Assembly (NCBI GenBank): GCA_965215015.1
Contig: OZ244042.1
Coordinates: 3,552,001 to 3,616,000 of the forward strand
Length of the DNA: 64,000 nt
Reading direction: 5' to 3'
Source: Candidatus Poribacteria bacterium
GTDB lineage: Bacteria; Poribacteria; WGA-4E; PCPOR2b
Numbering within the stretch: position 1 is the stretch's first letter; each line of letters begins with the position of its first letter. This document shows, piece by piece, positions 9,809 through 19,979 of this stretch. The notes under the pieces were generated by a model, which was given only the letters and a program-made list of their open reading frames with translations, searched no databases and had not been told where the DNA came from. Position numbers and translations under genes: made by a program.

Positions 9809-10705
9809 TTAGAGATACCCCATATCCTTCAATTTGCGTTCATCGCGTCGCCAGTCTGCCTTGACAGACACACGTAAATCTAGAAATACAGCTGTCTCCA
9901 AGAACTGCTCGATCTCTGCGCGGGCGAGCTGACCAATCCTTTTGATGGTTTTACCACCTTTCCCAACTAGAATACCTTTTTGTGATTGTCGCTCGACGTA
10001 AAGCATCGCACTGATGTAGATTTTTCCGTTTGGACGTTCTTTGAACTCTTCAACCACGACGCTGGAGGCGTAGGGAATTTCCTGGTTGGTTCTGAGGAAA
10101 ATCTTCTCCCGTATCGTTTCCGAGACAAAGAAACGTTCTGGCAGGTCACTGAGTTGGTCGGGAGGGAAGTAGGGGGGACCTTCGGGGAGGTATTTGACGA
10201 TGGATTCGTGAAGTTGGGACACTCCGTCGCCCGTTTTTGCAGACATTGGAATGATTTCGACGAAAGGAAACTTTTCCTGATAGCTGGCGATAATTGGCAG
10301 GAGTCCTGGGTTGGGTATCAGATCAATTTTGTTAATTACAAGTATGACCTGTTGTGCTGCTTTTTTTAGTTCGTTAAGAATTGTTTCCTCAATGCCGGAG
10401 TTTAGCCGACTTACATCGATCATGTAAAGCACAAGGTCTGCGTCTGTGATCGCGCTATATGCGGCTTTAACCATCTGGTTGTGCAAGCGATATTTAGGGG
10501 TAAGCACACCGGGCGTGTCTAGGAAGATAATTTGACACGAATCAACTGTGAGAATCCCTGTGATCCGGTTGCGCGTTGTCTGCGGCTTGGGTGTGACAAT
10601 TGCGAGTTTCTCCCCCATCATCGCATTCAGCAACGTTGATTTACCGACGTTTGGCTCACCGATGATGCTAACATAGCCGGATTTGAATGGATTTTGTTCT
10701 TGCAT
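9809..10705 (-). CDS. era: GTPase Era
   Basis: GEPNVGKST, KPQTTR, DTPG, NKID, EIPY, SQKGILVGKGG KH domain. Confidence 0.97.
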   Translation of the reverse strand: MQEQNPFKSGYVSIIGEPNVGKSTLLNAMMGEKLAIVTPKPQTTRNRITGILTVDSCQIIFLDTPGVLTPKYRLHNQMVKAAYSAITDADLVLYMIDVSRLNSGIEETILNELKKAAQQVILVINKIDLIPNPGLLPIIASYQEKFPFVEIIPMSAKTGDGVSQLHESIVKYLPEGPPYFPPDQLSDLPERFFVSETIREKIFLRTNQEIPYASSVVVEEFKERPNGKIYISAMLYVERQSQKGILVGKGGKTIKRIGQLARAEIEQFLETAVFLDLRVSVKADWRRDERKLKDMGYL

Positions 10706-11071
10706 TTGAGGATTCCGTACTTACTTGGACGAAGAAGTTTGATTTAATCACATTAGCACTTACGCGGTTAAATGTTCAAAACCCTGTAGTTTGGAGATTT
10801 ATCGCCGCAGCAACAATTTCCAACGCCTCCCGCACTGCATCTTCCACAGTTGCTTTTGCATATCTGCTCTTATTTTCAATGAATCGCAGAAGAAAACCTA
10901 GCATGGTACAATCTTTTTTCAAATCCCTATCTCTTGAAATTTCGCCACAAGGGAGGATATGCCTGCTTTGTGACTTTTATCACTCACTACGCATTTATTA
11001 AGCATTTGTTTTTAGTATTCAGCTTGTTCGTTATTTGCCAAGGTTCAGGGATTCTATAATAATTGGTCAAG

Positions 11072-11614
11072 TCAATCCGCCCGTAACTCTCTCACGGTGT
11101 TCCCCGCCTTATCACGGACAAACACACCATTGGGAAGTACGCCCCCAGCTTGCAGTGTCAGGACGATATTGCTCTTTTGATCATAGACATTTACACTATT
11201 CCCCGTAAGAGCGTACGTGTTTAAAATAATCCCCACATTATCCCTTTGCCAAATCTGCACAGTATTACCCAAATCGTCTGAGCTTAAGGTGACTCCATTC
11301 TTGCCTGCCTGATTATATACCACAACACCATGAAAAGCAGGATATTTATCATGAGCGCGATGCGCCGCTAAGCTCACCGCCGGGCTGCCCGCCTTATTGA
11401 TTAGCGTTATACGATTGCCCTCTTCACGCGATTCTAAGTAAATCGCAAGTTTGCCATGCTTATCAACCACCGTTAGCCCGGTGCACTGAATTTCACCGAA
11501 CACCCCAGCCCTTTGTGCAATCAACGGTGGCGAAACGATAGATCCCGCTCCAATCCCGACCAACATAATCAACGCGCCCAGTGCCGTATAGCCTAACTTC
11601 TGCTTGTGATTCAT
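11072..11614 (-). CDS. Hypothetical exported protein
   Basis: N-terminal hydrophobic segment followed by beta-rich short repeats; start placed at MNHKQK after GGAG. Confidence 0.65.
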   Translation of the reverse strand: MNHKQKLGYTALGALIMLVGIGAGSIVSPPLIAQRAGVFGEIQCTGLTVVDKHGKLAIYLESREEGNRITLINKAGSPAVSLAAHRAHDKYPAFHGVVVYNQAGKNGVTLSSDDLGNTVQIWQRDNVGIILNTYALTGNSVNVYDQKSNIVLTLQAGGVLPNGVFVRDKAGNTVRELRAD

Positions 11615-11703
11615 GACCTTCTCCCGTTGCCCCCAAGTGAACGCCGACACGCCGGGGGCAAGGCGTGGACAGCGTTAATGTCTGCACCCAGTAGATTTGC
11701 CTC

Positions 11704-12045
11704 TCATGATTGGTGGTGGGATAGGTGGTCGATGTGGTTCTGGTTAAGCTTGCTCAGTTCAGACCTCACATCACCGATTTCAGACCTCACATCACCGATT
11801 TCAGACCTCACATCACCGATTTCATTCCGAAGTTCGTCTCGGAATTCGATTCGTATCTCTGAGATCTGTTTGGCTATCTCCAATCTCATGGATTCGATTC
11901 GGTTGTCGGTCTTGTCCTGTCGTTTCTCCAGTTGCCGAGTCCGATAGAACAGTACCGCGACCTGTCCGATGAACCCGACCATCGTAACAACCACCATAAC
12001 AACTACCAAAATCGTGTGGCTTGGCGACCATGCAGAAAAATCCAT
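11704..12045 (-). CDS. Small membrane-anchored coiled-coil protein with heptad repeats
   Basis: TM helix then EIGDVRS x3; GGAG RBS. Confidence 0.7.
   Translation of the reverse strand: MDFSAWSPSHTILVVVMVVVTMVGFIGQVAVLFYRTRQLEKRQDKTDNRIESMRLEIAKQISEIRIEFRDELRNEIGDVRSEIGDVRSEIGDVRSELSKLNQNHIDHLSHHQS
11758..11820. repeat. 21-bp tandem repeat x3 (ttcagacctcacatcaccgat)
   Basis: Three exact adjacent copies, in frame in the 11704-12045 ORF. Confidence 0.95.
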
Positions 12046-12634
12046 TTATATCTTTCTCCCTTCTGGAATAATAAAGGAACAGCTCTAAAATGACATGGCT
12101 TTTTCCTTTCATTTACTTAGAACCTTGCTAAGAAGATTGCCAATGATAGTACTAATAATAATACACGTAGTTACAACGCCAATACTAAAAAAAACGCAGC
12201 TAAGAAATCTAACATCTTATCACGCTCCTATTATTTATTCCACGGCTTGAACCCTTTCAGATTTCCCCCAGGTGGTGAAAATGTTCAGTAATCTCTTAAA
12301 GTCCACTTTGTTTGACTGATAAAAAAAGCCTGATGCCTGCACCGAAGGAGATTAATCTTCTATTACAGGTACCAAGCTTCCACGGGGAAAACATTCCTAA
12401 TATTAGGAGCACTCATCACAGAGAAAAGACATTTGGGGAATGTTTGACAGTCCCCCTAATCTTTTATCTATCGACTATTTTCGCACAGTTTCGGTCTTTG
12501 GCCAAGCACACAATGATTACACCATTTCCTGAACTCGCGACAGCAAAATATTAACAAACTCTAAGTTTATCAAGTAAATTGATGGATTTTTTAGGGATAC
12601 TGCGATTTTCTTTCTTCTGCTATGAATCCCTGCT

Positions 12635-14095
12635 TCACTCTCGCCTTAACCGGATGCGCTTCTGCCTTGAAACTGGGCGGGGCTGCTGACTTAACCGATT
12701 CAACAGTGCCTCAACTTCTACGTCGTAGGTCTCGAAGGGGTCTTTCATCTCAAAGGGTTCTTCGTGCGAAAAATAGATCTGATTCCAATCAATGATACAC
12801 GGCAGGCGATTGTGGGATAGATAACGCATTATGTGGGACCGTGCTTTTGCTCTGGTATTTTCGGGGGCATTCCGAATCGCTGCATCAATCTGTTCGTCCG
12901 TCGTAACTCGTCTCACATGTCCTTCACGCTCAAGTGCGTAATACAGCCCCTTTTCTCGGTTGAGATGGTGGTACTCAAGGTCAAGACTCTCAATCCATGC
13001 GTCGGTCCAATCCAAGCCCTCCTCCTCCATAAAAGCTTCGAGCAGCCATTTCTTCGTTACCCAATCGATGCGATCGATTAAACGCTCCGGATCCGTTTCC
13101 AAGTCGTCCAAAACCGACTCCCACTCGGTCAATACCCAATCCGTATCTGCGTCTCTACCTTTCAGGACATTCTGCGCAAGGTTGAGATATTCGCGTTGTA
13201 GGTCTATCGCTGAGATGGTGCCGCCGGATTCCAGTTCGACAATCCACTGGAAGGTCTGATCACGTGAAACCTCTTTGATAGCGTGCACTGGATTGACTAA
13301 GCTTAAATCGGGGGGGCGATGCCCTGCCTCAAGAAGGTCTAGTATCAGAGAGGTGGTTCCAACCTTCAAAGCCGCTGCAAATTCGGACATATTTGAATCG
13401 CCGACGAGCAGATGGAGGCGTCGATATTTGGTATAATCGCCGAGGGGTTCATCCCGTGTGTTGATAATTGCGCGACTGAACTGTATCCACTCGTAAGTCT
13501 CCGTGACGATGTGATCGGCACGTTGGGAGATTTGGAAGCCGACGAAATCGTCGCGCCGGTGGTGGGTATCTCCGAATTCGAGGATCTCTTCATGCCCGCC
13601 AACGCGACCAGTGCCTGCGTAAATCTGCCGCGTGACAAAGAACGGCAGCAGCGTGGGAATGACGACCTTGTAGAAGGGGATGTCCCGCCGGAGTTGATAG
13701 TTTTCGTGACAGCCGAAAGTTGCGCCTGTGAAATGATCAATGTTGTTTTTGAAGAAGGAGATATCGTCTTTCAACCCAACATCGTCGAGTATGGTGATAA
13801 TCAACTGCTCGATGGCTCTGTCGTAAGCGATTAGATCGAAAAGGTTGACACACTCTGGCGTTGCATACTCAAGATGCCCCATATCGATATAGAGCCGTCC
13901 TCCGTTGAACAGAAAACCACCATTGCCGGGCGGTTCTCCCCAATCGCGGTAGTGCATGTCCGACATCCCAAGTTTCAACTCATGAAAAATATAATCCCTC
14001 ACGAGTGCGGCGGTTCCCTCCGAAGACCCTAAAGCTCCATCGGAGTCTGCCATACATCCAAATTCAGTTTCGATACCAAAAATCCGTCTGCTCAC
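12635..14095 (-). CDS. pafA: Pup/UBact-protein ligase PafA homolog
   Basis: RIFGIETEFG, NGGRLYID.GHLEYATPEC, FGCHENY, IINTRDEP, YRRLHLLVGDSNMSE, LDLEYH; last gene of the proteasome operon. Confidence 0.9.
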   Translation of the reverse strand: MSRRIFGIETEFGCMADSDGALGSSEGTAALVRDYIFHELKLGMSDMHYRDWGEPPGNGGFLFNGGRLYIDMGHLEYATPECVNLFDLIAYDRAIEQLIITILDDVGLKDDISFFKNNIDHFTGATFGCHENYQLRRDIPFYKVVIPTLLPFFVTRQIYAGTGRVGGHEEILEFGDTHHRRDDFVGFQISQRADHIVTETYEWIQFSRAIINTRDEPLGDYTKYRRLHLLVGDSNMSEFAAALKVGTTSLILDLLEAGHRPPDLSLVNPVHAIKEVSRDQTFQWIVELESGGTISAIDLQREYLNLAQNVLKGRDADTDWVLTEWESVLDDLETDPERLIDRIDWVTKKWLLEAFMEEEGLDWTDAWIESLDLEYHHLNREKGLYYALEREGHVRRVTTDEQIDAAIRNAPENTRAKARSHIMRYLSHNRLPCIIDWNQIYFSHEEPFEMKDPFETYDVEVEALLNRLSQQPRPVSRQKRIRLRRE

Positions 14096-14135
14096 TGTTT
14101 TGCCTCAGGGACAAACCTCGGTTTTTTCATTAGTA

Positions 14136-14930
14136 TCAAACCCAGTCTGCAATTGCTGCATCAATTTCGTCCGAAGTCAAAAGACGAAACTTATTATTGC
14201 TCCGACGTGAAGTCTCCAATACTGCCCCTTCAATCTCTCCTGCCTTCAATTCATCTCGGAGGGTTTCGTGTAATCGTTCTTTGTCTATCGTTGATTCTGA
14301 CCTCTCGTTTGCGTTCTCCTCTGAATCGTCCTCTGCTTGTTGCCCCCCCAGCTCCCAACCAACCACCCAGGTTTCTAGTGCTAACTGTAAGGCGGCGGTG
14401 AGCGAAAATTCGGAGGCATTCGCGGTGGATAGGTAATTCTGCATCGCCGTTTCGGCTTCGTGGGTTCCCCCGATAACCTCCCTGTGTTGATTCGCTTGCA
14501 CGGTGCCATCGTAGTTCAGGGAGATAAACCCCTCTGCCGCACCGCGTACACCAAGTTCTGCCAACAGCATTTTGATGATATAGGCAGAGCCAAAGATAGC
14601 TTCAAAGGATTGTTTGATGGTTGGTCCAAGCACAAAGTTTGTCAGACGATGGAGGGTTACATCATCAACTGAACTCTGAAAGCCCTGCACGGATGCGGTG
14701 TCAGTTGCCATCATACGCAGCCGTTCAATGTCGGCACTATGCCCGATAGCTGAGAGGGCAATCCGATCGTGCACTTCAAAGATTTTACGCTGCCCGCGTC
14801 CAATGGTCACAAGCAAAAGTCCATCATCATATTTCAGTCCGACGACGGGGCTCCCACCGCGAAGTTGATCTTCGATATAGTCGCGCCGATTATTAACAGC
14901 TTCGAGCCACCGATAAGGTTCATCTAGCAT
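14136..14930 (-). CDS. prcA: 20S proteasome alpha subunit
   Basis: RRDYIEDQLRGGSPVVGLKY, KIFEVHDRIALSAIG; directly after the beta subunit. Confidence 0.88.
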   Translation of the reverse strand: MLDEPYRWLEAVNNRRDYIEDQLRGGSPVVGLKYDDGLLLVTIGRGQRKIFEVHDRIALSAIGHSADIERLRMMATDTASVQGFQSSVDDVTLHRLTNFVLGPTIKQSFEAIFGSAYIIKMLLAELGVRGAAEGFISLNYDGTVQANQHREVIGGTHEAETAMQNYLSTANASEFSLTAALQLALETWVVGWELGGQQAEDDSEENANERSESTIDKERLHETLRDELKAGEIEGAVLETSRRSNNKFRLLTSDEIDAAIADWV

Positions 14931-15729
14931 AAGTTGTCTCTACAGATTCAGCGTAAATCTCTCGGAGTCTTTCGACAGAGAGATCTTGAATTCCGTCTTT
15001 CCTAATCGTTTTTACGGTTGGATAAATATTTGATTTTGGGTTATAGCCGCTTGTTGCCGAATCGTATTCTGAAGCTGCATCGAGTAGGCGTAAAACGGTA
15101 ACAGTTGCCTCCTGCTCATCCATGGCGGCAAGTGGTGTATCGCCCCAACGGTTCTGATAGAACAAGACCCCACGAATCCACACAGAGCCGGATCCGGATG
15201 TCGCAAAATCGGCGCTCTCAAAATGTGCGCCGAGCGCATCATAAAAGAAGATTTTGCCACCGTTTTCGTCGTCACTCTGCAGATCGTAGAGGGCATAAAT
15301 TGGTATCACACCTCCGATGCCCTGCAGCGTCATGGGCAAGTTTTCGCGGATCAGGCGGGCGAGGGTGCGCAGTTTGCCTTCAAGGCTTAATTCTTGAAGT
15401 TGGCTTCGGCGAAAATATTGGAACGAATGTTCGAGGACTCGCGCCATTTCATAAGCCATCGCAGGAGAGCCCGCAATAGCAAGGACGGAGAGATCGTCAA
15501 TCTGCAGTAGTTTTTCCGCGCGATCGTACATGACAACATTGCCCGCCGTTGCCCGCCGGTCCCCGCCGATGAGGACACCATCCTTGTAGCGCACAGCAAG
15601 GACGGTGGTTCCTTCTGTTTCTTCAATGGGAGGGGAAGTCCCCCGGGCAGGAGTTGCGGGCAGATCCAGTTGAATCTGGCAATTGTGTGCCTGCAAGAGG
15701 TCGAGGAAGTCCCCCTGGTAATTTGTCAT
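14920..15729 (-). CDS. prcB: 20S proteasome beta subunit with propeptide
   Basis: G/TTVLAVRYKDGVLIGGDRRATAG (Thr1 nucleophile), AIAG, SGSGS. Confidence 0.93.
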   Translation of the reverse strand: MTNYQGDFLDLLQAHNCQIQLDLPATPARGTSPPIEETEGTTVLAVRYKDGVLIGGDRRATAGNVVMYDRAEKLLQIDDLSVLAIAGSPAMAYEMARVLEHSFQYFRRSQLQELSLEGKLRTLARLIRENLPMTLQGIGGVIPIYALYDLQSDDENGGKIFFYDALGAHFESADFATSGSGSVWIRGVLFYQNRWGDTPLAAMDEQEATVTVLRLLDAASEYDSATSGYNPKSNIYPTVKTIRKDGIQDLSVERLREIYAESVETTYAR

Positions 15730-15732
15730 GAG

Positions 15733-15930
15733 CTATTCACCTGTTCGTTGGCGATAACGCCTAGATTGGTCTTTATCGACGCGCCGCATCCGCCTAACCA
15801 GATTTCTCGTATCCGGTCTCGTAACATCTGGACGTTTGGGCCCATCATCGTCCCCACCGTCGCCCGGTCCCACCGGTTTCACTGGTCGTTGAATCCGGTC
15901 GCGTAGATAAATCAAATGCTGTGCTGTCAT
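15733..15930 (-). CDS. ubact: Ubiquitin-like modifier UBact (65 aa)
   Basis: Small disordered protein between dop and prcB ending RMRRVDKDQSRRYRQRTGE (UBact-type R[T/S]G[E/Q], not Pup QKGG[E/Q]); ATG 15930 after AGGAGG. Confidence 0.9.
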   Translation of the reverse strand: MTAQHLIYLRDRIQRPVKPVGPGDGGDDDGPKRPDVTRPDTRNLVRRMRRVDKDQSRRYRQRTGE

Positions 15931-16015
15931 GGTAATGACCTCCTGTAAGGGAATAGATTGAGGGGTTGACTCAGTCAACAAGTTGACATCCATTTACCCC
16001 AGATTGAATCGTGCT

Positions 16016-17536
16016 TTACTTACTCAGTTCTAAACTTTTAACTAACGCCTCAACTGTCTGCGCCTGATCGAGGATACGATTGTACTTTTCTGCCATCGCT
16101 GCATCTGCGAGTTGGTTCATGCTCACTGAAATCGGGCTTTTGCCCTTTATCTTAAATGTGACGTTATCCCACTGGATTGATTTGACTTGCGGACGGAATT
16201 TTTCCAAAGATTTGCCTCGGAAATATGCACGGGTATCGGGGGGGGGATTGTGGATGGCATTTTCAATCTGCCGATCGGTGACAAGACGCCTCACTAATCC
16301 ACCCGCTTCAAGTTCATAGTACAATCCCGCCTCTTGATCGATGCTGTGATATTCAAGGTCAAGACTCTGTAACCAGGGGTTATCCCATGTGAGTCTTTCC
16401 TCATCAATGAACGCTTCCAGCAGCCATTTTTTGGCGACCCAATCCAATCGATCTGTGAGATCCATCGGGTCTTTTTCGAGCGCGTTGAGAGTCGATTCCC
16501 ATTCGACGAGGACCCAGTCGGTGTCGTCACCTGCTTCATTGAGGTGCTTTTGGGCTAGCGCGAGATATTCTCGCTGCAAATCGATTGCGGAAATGCTCTT
16601 GCCATTAGCTAATTTAAATTGCCATTGGTAGGTCTGATCGCGGGAGATTTCTTTAATTGTGTGGATCGGGTCTTGCAAGGCGAACCAATTGGGGACGCGT
16701 TGCTGCTCAATGAGATCGATGACGAGTGCGGTTGTGCCAATCTTGAGTGCCGTCGCGTACTCTGACATATTGGCGTCACCGACGATGCCGTGTAGCCGAC
16801 GATATTTTGCCGGATCCGCGTGGGGTTCATCGCGTGTATTCACAATTGGACGGTTGTGCATGGTATCAACGCTGACTTCGACATGGAAAAAATCGGACCG
16901 TTGTGCAATCTGAAAGAAAGCGGCGGAGGTCAGTCCTGACTCGGTTTCGATTCCAACCTTTCCTGCTCCAGCAAAAATCTGTCGCGTCACAAAAAATGGC
17001 ATGATACTTGCCTTGAGGGCGTCAAAGGGAATATCCCGCGACATCAGGTAGTTGTCGTGGCAACCATAACTATGTCCGTGAAAGTCGGTGTTGTTTTTGT
17101 ATAACAGGACGCGTTTGCCCAATTTCTCACTTCGCCTGACCGCGCACTGCTGAAGTATCCGCTCCCCTGCTTTATCGTGAGCGACCAGTTGAAAAAGGCT
17201 GCAACATTCTGGGGTGGAGTATTCGGGATGGGCATGATCGTTGTATAGACGGGCCCCATTGGTCAGAATTAGATCGCTTTTGATCTCGACAAAGGACAGA
17301 TTTCGCTGCCGGTCAGCTTCCTGATGTTCCCGCTCGTCGGGGTGTTCCTGTAAGGTCTTTGCACGGAAGCCCCGCTCGTCTTGAAACGGGTCCTCACCAC
17401 TATAGTCCCACATCGGTCGAAAATCATCCTGTCGGTAACTCTTAATTAACTCGACAGATTGGCTGACAGGATCGACGTTCTCCTCTGACTCGAGCGTAAT
17501 TCCATATTCAGTTTCGATTCCAAAAAGTCTTTGCAT
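16016..17536 (-). CDS. dop: Depupylase/deamidase Dop homolog
   Basis: FGIETEYG, extended Dop loop, NGARLYNDHAHPEYSTPEC, KNNTD...SYGCH, NTRDEPHAD. Confidence 0.92.
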   Translation of the reverse strand: MQRLFGIETEYGITLESEENVDPVSQSVELIKSYRQDDFRPMWDYSGEDPFQDERGFRAKTLQEHPDEREHQEADRQRNLSFVEIKSDLILTNGARLYNDHAHPEYSTPECCSLFQLVAHDKAGERILQQCAVRRSEKLGKRVLLYKNNTDFHGHSYGCHDNYLMSRDIPFDALKASIMPFFVTRQIFAGAGKVGIETESGLTSAAFFQIAQRSDFFHVEVSVDTMHNRPIVNTRDEPHADPAKYRRLHGIVGDANMSEYATALKIGTTALVIDLIEQQRVPNWFALQDPIHTIKEISRDQTYQWQFKLANGKSISAIDLQREYLALAQKHLNEAGDDTDWVLVEWESTLNALEKDPMDLTDRLDWVAKKWLLEAFIDEERLTWDNPWLQSLDLEYHSIDQEAGLYYELEAGGLVRRLVTDRQIENAIHNPPPDTRAYFRGKSLEKFRPQVKSIQWDNVTFKIKGKSPISVSMNQLADAAMAEKYNRILDQAQTVEALVKSLELSK

Positions 17537-17548
17537 AAACGCTTTATC

Positions 17549-19318
17549 CTAAATCACACTACTCGCAGTCTTTCGACGAGTTGATTTTTCCGGACGGATT
17601 GGTGTCACTTTGACGACGTTTTCCGGGTCGTAATCGAGGAGTTTGAGCCAATCCTCGACACTGTCTGTTGGGGGGAAAATATCGTTCTCGCGATATTCCG
17701 CCAATGCACCTTCCAACAGGTCTTCAAGCCGAATCCCCACCTCGTCTTTGGTGCCTTCTATCGCACGTTTGATTGCGGACTCTTTGGCGCGTTGAACAAT
17801 GGAATCAACGATAGCACCACTGCATAGATCGCCACGATACATAATATCACGACGCCCGCTTCGCAGGGCAACCTCTAAAAACTTGTTGCTTTCATCTCGT
17901 TGGAACAGTTCGTTGCAGACTTGGTCGATAAGATGGCAAACCGCTGCCTCTGCATCGCCGTTGTGGGCCTCAAGGATTTCTGGATGGAGCGGTAAATCTG
18001 GTGTGAGGTAAATGCGGAAGATTGCCTTTGAAGCCTCTCTGTCAGGACGGGTGACTTTAATCTTCCGATCAATTCTTCCGGGACGTAAAATCGCCGGATC
18101 GATGAGGTCAGGACGGTTTGTTGCAAGGATGATTACGACATCTTGCAGGGACTCAATCCCATCCATTTCGGCGCAGAACATTGGGACGACGGTATTAGAA
18201 ATATTATGGGATCGGAATGAACGGCGCGTGCCTAAAATTGATTCCGCTTCATCGATAAATACAAAGGGCAGATAACCTTCTTTACTCTTCTGACTCGCTA
18301 TCTGGAAAATTTCGCGAACTTTACGTTCCGACTCGCCAAGCCACATATTCAAGATTTCGGGTCCCTTGATGTGCAGGAAACACCCTTCTACCTCAACCCC
18401 TTCCTCTTCGGTCAATCGTTGCGTCAGGTTATGCGCTGTTGCCTTCCCGATGAGTGTTTTCCCACACCCCGGCGGCCCGTGCAAGAGAAAGCCTTTCGGG
18501 GGCGCATATTGAAACTTATCGAAGAGTTCCGGGTGCAAAATCGGCAGTTCGATGGTATCTTTGATGAGTTGGATGGTCTCATCCAGGCCGCCCACCTTCG
18601 ACCAAGGAAGGTCTGGCACCGCTTCGAGATAGTAATCCTGTGCTTCCTGTGCTTCTAATCGCTCCAATGCTACTTTGGAGTTCGGGTCCATGCGAATTTC
18701 GTCGCCGCCCTTAAGTTTCGCATTAGCTAAATCGGTCGAGCGCTGTAGAATAATTGATTGCAATCCGGCAGGTTCGCCTCCGACGCGCAGCCGCCCGTCG
18801 GGCATCAAATCGACAATTTTTGCAATCGATCCAGAGGTATTATATCCCAATTCACCGACGATGACATAAGCATCATTCAGGAGCACACTAAAACCGATCT
18901 TGAGTGCTGCGGCATCTAGTTGTGGGTCAATATTCGCATAGTATTCGGACCCGCCAATGATTATATGGGCGACCTCTTTTTTCGGCATTCCTAGTAGCGT
19001 TCCGATTCGATTCGCAGGAGAAGTCAACTTTTCGATTGTCTCCTGCATTTCGACGATGGCTTCCCTTGCCTCCTGGAAGGTCATTTCATCTTCCACAATC
19101 GCCCGCCGAAGTTGAAACAGTAGTGGCCGCCGCCGATCGTTCTCGTGGGTCGCATAAATGAGTCGATCCACTAACATCAGGGAACGCGGGGTGCCTACCT
19201 GATCATCCTCCTCCTCAATTTCGTCTTCGATGTCGTCGTCAAATAGTCGGAGATTGTCTTCTGGTATCGTCTCAGGTCGCTTTCTATCGTTCTGATTACG
19301 CATTGAACCCCTCCTCAA
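17549..19318 (-). CDS. arc: Proteasome AAA ATPase ARC/Mpa
   Basis: N-terminal coiled coil, PKGFLLHGPPGCGKT, IKGPEILN, FIDEAES, NRPDLIDPAILRPGRIDRKI; true start may be ATG 19303. Confidence 0.93.
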   Translation of the reverse strand: MRRGSMRNQNDRKRPETIPEDNLRLFDDDIEDEIEEEDDQVGTPRSLMLVDRLIYATHENDRRRPLLFQLRRAIVEDEMTFQEAREAIVEMQETIEKLTSPANRIGTLLGMPKKEVAHIIIGGSEYYANIDPQLDAAALKIGFSVLLNDAYVIVGELGYNTSGSIAKIVDLMPDGRLRVGGEPAGLQSIILQRSTDLANAKLKGGDEIRMDPNSKVALERLEAQEAQDYYLEAVPDLPWSKVGGLDETIQLIKDTIELPILHPELFDKFQYAPPKGFLLHGPPGCGKTLIGKATAHNLTQRLTEEEGVEVEGCFLHIKGPEILNMWLGESERKVREIFQIASQKSKEGYLPFVFIDEAESILGTRRSFRSHNISNTVVPMFCAEMDGIESLQDVVIILATNRPDLIDPAILRPGRIDRKIKVTRPDREASKAIFRIYLTPDLPLHPEILEAHNGDAEAAVCHLIDQVCNELFQRDESNKFLEVALRSGRRDIMYRGDLCSGAIVDSIVQRAKESAIKRAIEGTKDEVGIRLEDLLEGALAEYRENDIFPPTDSVEDWLKLLDYDPENVVKVTPIRPEKSTRRKTASSVI

Positions 19319-19415
19319 ACAGGCTAGTCAGTCGTATTGGATGGCATTTCGTATTAATTTCTTTTGCTGTAGGGGAAACGCGAGGAAGTTTCCCTAAAGA
19401 ACGTCCACAGTAATA

Positions 19416-19567
19416 TAGCCCAAGTTGCTAGTAGTAGGCATACTCCACATGCCGTAACCTTCCTCCTGATAGATCGGGATTCAAAGCAACATCCCTTCCA
19501 TAGCAATCCTTCTAGTACTTGTCGAGTATAGAAACTCGACTTACGAGCTATCTAGCAACTTGTGTTA
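19416..19567. mobile_element. MITE-like element with ~16-bp imperfect terminal inverted repeats
   Basis: tagcccaagttgctag ... ctagcaacttgtgtta; related single ends at ~24851 and ~56650. Confidence 0.6.
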
Positions 19568-19894
19568 ATATAGAGCATTCAATATAGAGCATTCAATTGC
19601 TAACATTTTCTTAAATTGACGGGTTTGATGAGGCTGCAACTTTAGCTAGAAAATAAATTGCCTCAGACCTTACTAGAGTCTCAACACCCAAGGTAAATCG
19701 AGAAATAGGCGAACAATGGAACGGTGTTAGCTGGCAAAAGTATGACGCCTATCAAATAGCTTATTTATAAATGCGGTTGTATTCTATCACATCGATAGGC
19801 AAACATCAAACAAAAAAGTCAAGATTCCGCATAAGCGTATTTCTTAGGCGCAGGGAATTTCTAACGAAAAAGCTGAGTCAACAACTGATAATTA

Positions 19895-19923
19895 TTGCCT
19901 TCCTCTCTTGATTTTGGTATAAT
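19895..19923 (+). promoter_or_regulatory. sigma70-type promoter for radC
   Basis: TTGCCT-N17-TATAAT with extended -10 TG. Confidence 0.6.
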
Positions 19924-19979
19924 CTGCCTTACAATTTTCTATTTTAGTGGATAAGATACTATAGATAGCTACTAAGGAT

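Noticed and set aside
15733-15993. Calling the small modifier Pup with the 86-aa track start
   Set aside because: The C-terminus RTGE fits UBact, and the AGGAGG RBS supports ATG 15930.
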